The notes below the pieces were generated by a model. The model saw only the letters and a program-made list of their open reading frames with translations, made no database searches and had not been told where the DNA came from. A stretch of 56,373 bases of DNA from an uncultured Clostridia bacterium. Its GTDB lineage: Bacteria > Bacillota > Clostridia > Oscillospirales > JAAYOS01. The translations under genes and the position numbers were made by a program. This document shows, piece after piece, positions 19,426 through 24,373 of this stretch (position 1 is its first letter; every line of letters starts with the position of its first letter). The stretch lies in the NCBI GenBank assembly GCA_947585215.1, contig CANPWY010000002.1:1-56373 (forward strand). The letters run 5' to 3'.

Positions 19426-19921
19426 AGTGTCATCCTCCTTGCGAGCGGCGTCCGCCGTTCGCTTCGCCTTCATTGTGTTTATTCCTATTATATCATATCG
19501 CGGAGCAATATGATATAAATTGTCAAACGCCTCGCAGAGTTTCGCCGCGCAAGCGGCGAAATGAAGTCCAATCCGTAAATTTCGGCGGCGTGCATGCGCC
19601 CTTCGACTTGCTACGCGTCGAAACTTTCTACTGGGCGCATCAGACCTCGGCACTTCACGCCGACGTCCATACATTGTACGAACCGTAGGGCGAAATTTAC
19701 ACCTTTCGCGGAGCGTGCGTCGATTTTCCGCCGTAGGCGGAAAACTCGGCGCGTAGCGGAGTGCTTGCTGTCGGCAAGGCTGCGCCTTGTCCGACAGCTT
19801 CACTTGAAATTGCGCAGGCGCAATTTCAAGTGAACTTCTCGCGGCGAAGTGGTAAGCGAGCAAAGCGAGCGCGATTCGCCGCGAACAAAGATTTTGACGA
19901 GGATTTCCACCTCTCCCCGCG

Positions 19922-20476
19922 CTATATCCTCTCCGCCGTCTCGCGGACGATCTTCTCCGCGTCGTTTCCCCAAATATACAGCCCGTCAGCCTTGATGAAA
20001 CGAACCTCGGGGATGGAGAACAGCTCGCACAGCTCACCCACATACAGCTCGAGCGAGCTGCCGTCCGGAACATATCCGCCGGAGGTCGTGATATATGTGA
20101 GCTTTCTGCACGCGCAGGTCTTGACGGTGCGGCCGCCCTCGCCGTAGCGGAACATGATGCCGTTCACGCATATCCGTTCGAGATAAATTTTCAGCAGAGC
20201 GGGAACGGAGCAGTCCCAATACGGCGCGCCGATGAGAATCTCGTCGGCCTCGGCAAATTCCCGGGCGTATGAGTAATCCTCCCCAGAGAGATTTCCGGCG
20301 GCGATGTCCTCGTCCCTCTTTTGCAGACCTTCCCTGTCGAGCGGCAGCAGCGGCTCCGCCGCGACCTCCCGCTCCTTCACGTCCGCGTCCTGCCAGTATT
20401 TTCGGATGTATGCGTCGCAGAGCAACTTCGTTCTGGAATTTTCCCTCACACATGCGTTTACGAACAGCGCTTTCAT
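19922..20476 (-). CDS. flavodoxin-like fold NAD(P)H-dependent oxidoreductase
   Basis: 184 aa. MKALFVNACVRENSRTKLL...ILIGAPYWDCSVPALLKIYLERI is typical of the azoreductase / NAD(P)H dehydrogenase (quinone)-like family. Confidence 0.7.
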   Translation of the reverse strand: MKALFVNACVRENSRTKLLCDAYIRKYWQDADVKEREVAAEPLLPLDREGLQKRDEDIAAGNLSGEDYSYAREFAEADEILIGAPYWDCSVPALLKIYLERICVNGIMFRYGEGGRTVKTCACRKLTYITTSGGYVPDGSSLELYVGELCELFSIPEVRFIKADGLYIWGNDAEKIVRETAERI

Positions 20477-20599
20477 AGCACTTGTTCTCCTCTCGTATTT
20501 TTCGGTGACGCCGCGAGCGGCGGGAACCGTCGGCTCCTCTCAGAGGGTATAACGGCGCGGGAGGTTTGTCAATATCGGCGGCGCGAATCGCCGAAAATG

Positions 20600-20690
20600 C
20601 GACTCGAATTGCATTCGACATGCAATTCGAGTCGTGATTTCGTTGATTCGGGACAAAGCGGTTGACAACCGCCCCAAATTTTCGGATACT
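20600..20690 (+). promoter_or_regulatory. promoter/operator region of the GG-peptide array (repeat copy 1)
   Basis: Perfect 15-bp inverted repeat CGACTCGAATTGCAT-5 nt-ATGCAATTCGAGTCG (20600-20634). Direct repeats ATTCGAG (20625) and ATTCGGG (20646) are 21 bp apart. Then TTGACA (20662-20667), 17 nt, GATACT (20685-20690). The block 20616-20697 recurs at 34925-35006. Confidence 0.6.
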
Positions 20691-20708
20691 GTAACCGTAT
20701 AATAATAT

Positions 20709-20741
20709 CCGGCGGCGGCGGAGAAAAGCCCCCGCCGCCGG
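20709..20741 (+). other. GC-rich hairpin in the 5' UTR of the peptide array
   Basis: CCGGCGGCGG ... CCGCCGCCGG, a 10-bp stem with no following U-run. Confidence 0.45.
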
Positions 20742-20800
20742 CGGTCGGAAGAACGTAATCAACGCGGGAAGCCGCGAATAAAACAAGGAGGAACATACCA

Positions 20801-21031
20801 ATGAGCGAAACCAAAAAATTCCAGCGGGGGGGGGCAACGCCTGATTTAAAAGACACCGCCCTGTCCGAAGAAACTCTGGAGAACGTCACCGGCGGTGAGG
20901 AGGGCGCATTTAAGGACGCCTGCACTTATTGCGCCAATCAGGCCGGAAAATGTCCGTTCATCGACAACATATTCACCGTTCTGGATACGATGGAAGGCAG
21001 GCGCGCATGCGCTTACTTTACCCGAGGCTGA
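20801..21031 (+). CDS. GG-leader peptide P1 (4-Cys core)
   Basis: RBS AAGGAGG. Leader MSETKKFQRGGATPDLKDTALSEETLENVTGG. Core has C-x2-C...C...C. Contains a G9 homopolymer at 20826-20834. Confidence 0.75.
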   Translation: MSETKKFQRGGATPDLKDTALSEETLENVTGGEEGAFKDACTYCANQAGKCPFIDNIFTVLDTMEGRRACAYFTRG

Positions 21032-21061
21032 TTTACGACTATAATTAAGGAGGAACATACC

Positions 21062-21328
21062 ATGCTGAACGAAAAGAAGCCCGACGAGAAGACCCTGGAC
21101 GAAAAGACTCTCGAGGGAGTCACCGGCGGGTACAATCCCGACGTTATCGAGCCCAACCCCAATATCCCCACCGGGCCCGATCCCGCGGCGCAGTTCGCTT
21201 TCCTCGAGACGTTTAGGACCGTCAACTGCAACTCCTGCTCAAGACAGGACTGCCTCGCTCGCACCGATACGAAGGAAGCACTCAATCACTTCGGCGAAGG
21301 CATCTGCCCCCTTCGCGAAAGCAAGTAA
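21062..21328 (+). CDS. GG-leader peptide P2 (4-Cys NCxxC family)
   Basis: RBS AAGGAGGAACATACC-ATG. Leader MLNEKKPDEKTLDEKTLEGVTGG. Core has NCNSC...DC...GICP. Confidence 0.8.
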   Translation: MLNEKKPDEKTLDEKTLEGVTGGYNPDVIEPNPNIPTGPDPAAQFAFLETFRTVNCNSCSRQDCLARTDTKEALNHFGEGICPLRESK

Positions 21329-21341
21329 GGAGGAACATACC

Positions 21342-21563
21342 ATGTTTAACGAAAAGAAGCCAGAAGAGAAGACCGTGGACGAAAAGACCCTTGAGGGAGT
21401 CACCGGCGGATACGATTCCGATGACGAGTACGATTTCGCCGATAGGTTTATAGCGAGCAACTGCAACCGCTGCCGCAACATGGACTGCCCCGAGCGCGGC
21501 TACATAATGGCAATAATCAATCAGCACTACGGCGAAAGCATCTGCCCATCTCGCGAAGACTAG
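21342..21563 (+). CDS. GG-leader peptide P3 (4-Cys NCxxC family)
   Basis: Same RBS block as P2. Leader MFNEKKPEEKTVDEKTLEGVTGG. Core has NCNRC...DCP...SICP and is acidic. Confidence 0.8.
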   Translation: MFNEKKPEEKTVDEKTLEGVTGGYDSDDEYDFADRFIASNCNRCRNMDCPERGYIMAIINQHYGESICPSRED

Positions 21564-21579
21564 TAAGGAGGAAAGAGCG

Positions 21580-21795
21580 ATGGATGAGAAAAAGACCCTC
21601 TCCGATGAGACACTGAAAGACGTGTCCGGGGGAACATATGCGATCAATTATCGGGAACTTGAATACTTTGTAGGAAATAATTGCGCGTCTTGCAGCTTCG
21701 ATCAGCTCATGCACGGCTGCCCCTATGGAGGCAAAGTTTATGCATTTCAGGAGTTGGGCAAGGACGGGATCTGCCCGAAAAAGGAGGCAATGTGA
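21580..21795 (+). CDS. GG-leader peptide P4 (4-Cys NCxxC family)
   Basis: Leader MDEKKTLSDETLKDVSGG. Core has NCASC...GCPYGG...GICPKKE. Confidence 0.8.
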   Translation: MDEKKTLSDETLKDVSGGTYAINYRELEYFVGNNCASCSFDQLMHGCPYGGKVYAFQELGKDGICPKKEAM

Positions 21796-22013
21796 CCGTG
21801 GACGAGGAAAAGACCCTGTCCGACGAGGCGCTCGAAGAAGTGTCCGGGGGAATGACTCCGGCAGTACGCAGGGAGTTTGAGAAGTTTGCAAGAAATAATT
21901 GCATGCATTGCAGCCGCAAGGTAGAGCGAGACTGCCCCTATGGAGATGGCATGGAGGCGCTTCAGGCGTTAGGCGAGGACGGGATCTGCCCGGAAAAGGA
22001 GGCGAGGACATGA
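21792..22013 (+). CDS. GG-leader peptide P5 (4-Cys NCxxC family)
   Basis: GTG start overlapping the P4 stop (ATGTGA). Leader VTVDEEKTLSDEALEEVSGG. Core has NCMHC...DCPYGDG...GICPEKE. Confidence 0.75.
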   Translation: MTVDEEKTLSDEALEEVSGGMTPAVRREFEKFARNNCMHCSRKVERDCPYGDGMEALQALGEDGICPEKEART

Positions 22014-22225
22014 CAGACGAAAAGAAGCTGACTGACGAGACTCTCGAAGAAGTGTCCGGGGGAAAATTTCGGGACTTTTCTTTAGGGGGGGTTAGAAATT
22101 TCCAGAACCAGAATTGTGCGCATTGCCTTCACCAGCTGGACTGTCCCTATGGAGGCGCCTCTCAGGTAATTCAGACGGTGGGCGGCTACGCGACCTGCCC
22201 GAACAAGGAGGAGATACAGCCGTGA
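22010..22225 (+). CDS. GG-leader peptide P6 (4-Cys NCxxC family)
   Basis: ATGA overlap with P5. Leader MTDEKKLTDETLEEVSGG. Core has NCAHC...DCPYGG...ATCPNKE. Confidence 0.8.
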   Translation: MTDEKKLTDETLEEVSGGKFRDFSLGGVRNFQNQNCAHCLHQLDCPYGGASQVIQTVGGYATCPNKEEIQP

Positions 22226-22437
22226 CAGACAAAAAGAAACTGCCCGATGAGACGCTGAAAGATGTGTCCGGGGGAGCATTTGTGGAAATTTCTCCCGGAC
22301 TTGACCGCTTTACAGGAAATAATTGCATATCTTGCAGCAACAACCTGCCCGGGCGCGGCTGCCCCTACGGAAGCAGCGTTTATGCATTTAAGGAGTTGGG
22401 CAGGGACGGGATCTGCCCGAAAAAGGAGGCAATGTGA
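22222..22437 (+). CDS. GG-leader peptide P7 (4-Cys NCxxC family)
   Basis: GTGA overlap with P6. Leader VTDKKKLPDETLKDVSGG. Core has NCISC...GCPYGS...GICPKKE. Confidence 0.75.
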   Translation: MTDKKKLPDETLKDVSGGAFVEISPGLDRFTGNNCISCSNNLPGRGCPYGSSVYAFKELGRDGICPKKEAM

Positions 22438-22658
22438 CCGTGGACGAAGAAAAGAAGCTCGACGAAAAAGCTCTGGGCTCGGTCTCAGGAGGGGAGTACA
22501 CGCCGCCGGTATTTGACCGAAATATACGGGTATTCATATGCCCCGCCTGCGGGGAGACCATCAAAGGGGACGATTTCAGCGGCTTGAAGGTGCAGTGCCC
22601 CGGGTGCGGACATTGGCTCCGCCGCGGCTCGTCCGGGCTTATGCTTATGGAGGGATAA
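22434..22658 (+). CDS. GG-leader peptide P8 (zinc-ribbon-like CPxCG x2 core)
   Basis: GTG overlapping the P7 stop. Leader VTVDEEKKLDEKALGSVSGG. Core has ICPACGETIKGDDFSGLKVQCPGCGHWL. Confidence 0.75.
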   Translation: MTVDEEKKLDEKALGSVSGGEYTPPVFDRNIRVFICPACGETIKGDDFSGLKVQCPGCGHWLRRGSSGLMLMEG

Positions 22659-22662
22659 CGAT

Positions 22663-22905
22663 ATGTTTGATACCGATAAATTCCGTCAGGGGGAGGTTCC
22701 TCCCGAGCAGGAGGATTCCCTTGAGAACGTCGCCGGGGGAACGAACTTCTCAAGGCCAAACTATGAATCCCCGGACGTGTCAATGTACAGATGCCCTGTT
22801 TGCGGGGCTACCGTCAAGGACAACCACCTCAACCACTCGCAGCTGAAGTGCAACGGCTGCGGACGCCGGTTTCATCTCAACGGATCAACACTTGTGGAGG
22901 AATAA
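22663..22905 (+). CDS. GG-leader peptide P9 (zinc-ribbon-like core)
   Basis: Leader MFDTDKFRQGEVPPEQEDSLENVAGG. Core has RCPVCG...LKCNGCGRRFHLNGSTLVEE. Confidence 0.8.
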   Translation: MFDTDKFRQGEVPPEQEDSLENVAGGTNFSRPNYESPDVSMYRCPVCGATVKDNHLNHSQLKCNGCGRRFHLNGSTLVEE

Positions 22906-22910
22906 CGAAT

Positions 22911-23153
22911 ATGACTGATACCAATAAATTCCGGCGGGGCGAGGTACCTCCCGAGCAGGAGGACGCTCTCGAGAGCGTCGCCGGAGGCAAGTTCGAAAGG
23001 ACGAACTATGACTTAGAACAGAATAAATTAACGTTCACATGTCCCGCCTGTGGGCGCACGGTCAAAAGCAGCTTCGCCGACGGCCGGCGGCTGCAGTGCC
23101 CCGAGTGCGGACACCAATTTCATCTCAACGGATCACAACTTGTGGAGGAATAG
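22911..23153 (+). CDS. GG-leader peptide P10 (zinc-ribbon-like core)
   Basis: Leader MTDTNKFRRGEVPPEQEDALESVAGG. Core has TCPACG...LQCPECGHQFHLNGSQLVEE. Confidence 0.8.
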   Translation: MTDTNKFRRGEVPPEQEDALESVAGGKFERTNYDLEQNKLTFTCPACGRTVKSSFADGRRLQCPECGHQFHLNGSQLVEE

Positions 23154-23158
23154 CAAAT

Positions 23159-23409
23159 ATGATAGATACCAATAAATTCCAGCGGGGGGGTGCGTACCTC
23201 CTGAGCAGGAGGACGCTCTCGAGAGCGTCTCCGGAGGAGTAACATTCAAAGGGCCGCAAGTTGACGTGACGGAAATAACGCGCACATGCCCCGTCTGCGG
23301 CGCGACTTTCGCAGACAGCGTCGTCAACGGCCAAATGGTCGAGCGGATGCAGTGCCCCAAGTGCAAACGTGTGTTGCGTCTCGTCGGATCAACACTCGTG
23401 GAGGAATAG
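23159..23409 (+). pseudogene. GG-leader peptide P11 (zinc-ribbon-like core), frameshifted at a G7 tract
   Basis: It starts MIDTNKFQRGG, then the frame is lost at 23184-23190. The shifted downstream frame reads VPPEQEDALESVSGGVTFKGPQVDVTEITRTCPVCG...MQCPKCKRVLRLVGSTLVEE and stops at 23407-23409. One extra G would restore the frame. Confidence 0.7.
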
Positions 23410-23411
23410 TC

Positions 23412-23597
23412 ATGAACGAGGATAAAAAGCTCCGCCATGGCGCCTCCCCCAAGCCGCAGGACGCCGCGCTCGATGACAACGCCGTTGAGGCCGTCACCGG
23501 GGGAGTGAAGATGACAAGCAAGGCCCGTGCAGAAAAGGCGTTGGACAAAATCGAGCAGATGCTCGATAATCAGAAAGGCAAGGAGGATCAACCGTGA
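23412..23597 (+). CDS. GG-leader peptide P12 (Cys-free charged core)
   Basis: Leader MNEDKKLRHGASPKPQDAALDDNAVEAVTGG. Core VKMTSKARAEKALDKIEQMLDNQKGKEDQP. Confidence 0.75.
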   Translation: MNEDKKLRHGASPKPQDAALDDNAVEAVTGGVKMTSKARAEKALDKIEQMLDNQKGKEDQP

Positions 23598-23779
23598 ACG
23601 AGGATAAAAAACTCCGCCATGGCGCCTCCCCCAAGCCGCAGGACGCCGCGCTCGACGACGCCTCCGTTGAGGCCGTCACCGGGGGAACGAGGAGGTCAAG
23701 CAATGACTTGGCACAAGATGCATGGGACAAATTAAATCGGGTGCTCGATAATCAGAAAGACAAGGAGGATCAACCGTGA
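23594..23779 (+). CDS. GG-leader peptide P13 (Cys-free charged core)
   Basis: GTGA overlap with P12 and a near-identical leader. Core TRRSSNDLAQDAWDKLNRVLDNQKDKEDQP. Confidence 0.75.
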   Translation: MNEDKKLRHGASPKPQDAALDDASVEAVTGGTRRSSNDLAQDAWDKLNRVLDNQKDKEDQP

Positions 23780-24039
23780 ACGACGAAAAGAAGCTCAACG
23801 AGAAGGAGCTTGAAAACGTATCCGGCGGCGCGGCCGGAGCGGAGGGCTTCGAGGCCGCGTGGGCGGCCTACGCCGCCGAGCACTGCGGCAGATGCTACCA
23901 CCAAAATAAGGCACATCATGTAGAGGCATATACGGGCGAAATGACCGATTTGATGTGCGAAGGCGGAAAGATCTCGGCCGCCGAGGACTGGGCAGCGGGC
24001 ATGCCCATTCGCTGCCCGGCCTTCCTCGAACCGTGCTGA
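23776..24039 (+). CDS. GG-leader peptide P14 (5-Cys core)
   Basis: GTGA overlap with P13. Leader VNDEKKLNEKELENVSGG. Core has HCGRC...MC...RCPAFLEPC. Confidence 0.75.
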   Translation: MNDEKKLNEKELENVSGGAAGAEGFEAAWAAYAAEHCGRCYHQNKAHHVEAYTGEMTDLMCEGGKISAAEDWAAGMPIRCPAFLEPC

Positions 24040-24054
24040 GAAGGAGGAAAAGTT

Positions 24055-24282
24055 ATGAGCGAGAAAAAGAAGATAGACGAGAGGGAGCTGGAAAACGTGA
24101 ACGGCGGCGCAGACGCCGCCTCGGACAGCTTCGACGCCGTCTGGGAGGCGTTCGCCGTCACCCATTGCCACCAATGCGCCGTGCCGTACAAAGACACCTG
24201 CGCCGCGGAAATAAGGCGTGTGCGCGCGCAGTGGGAGGCGGGCAAGCCCCTCAAGTGCATGGCCTTTATCGACAAGTGCTGA
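24055..24282 (+). CDS. GG-leader peptide P15 (5-Cys core)
   Basis: RBS AAGGAGGAAAAG. Leader MSEKKKIDERELENVNGG. Core has HCHQC...TC...KCMAFIDKC. Confidence 0.8.
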   Translation: MSEKKKIDERELENVNGGADAASDSFDAVWEAFAVTHCHQCAVPYKDTCAAEIRRVRAQWEAGKPLKCMAFIDKC

Positions 24283-24373
24283 GCCGGCAGAGCCGCAGAG
24301 AGAGAAACGGCGCGGCGTAGAGAGAAAAAGCGTCCCCGCGTGACGCGAAACGGTCGGAAAGAGAGGGAAAGGT

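Noticed and set aside
19426-20073. N-terminal 215-aa extension of the galactanase ORF (tracked as 17377-20073)
   Set aside because: The extension overlaps the hairpin-rich spacer and the neighbouring oxidoreductase gene. It has Arg-rich nonsense composition. A lipoprotein signal with a strong RBS begins at 19425.
20034-20925. Minus-strand ORFs 20034-20837 and 20569-20925 covering the array promoter and P1
   Set aside because: They have no RBS or motifs, and they overlap the conserved promoter repeat and the RBS-preceded P1 gene. They are out-of-frame shadows.
20801-24282. Periodic units of about 200-250 bp might suggest a CRISPR-like or satellite repeat array
   Set aside because: The units are complete small genes with RBS, start, a conserved GG leader and a stop. 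The similarity lies in the coding leaders, not in fixed-length direct repeats with unique spacers.
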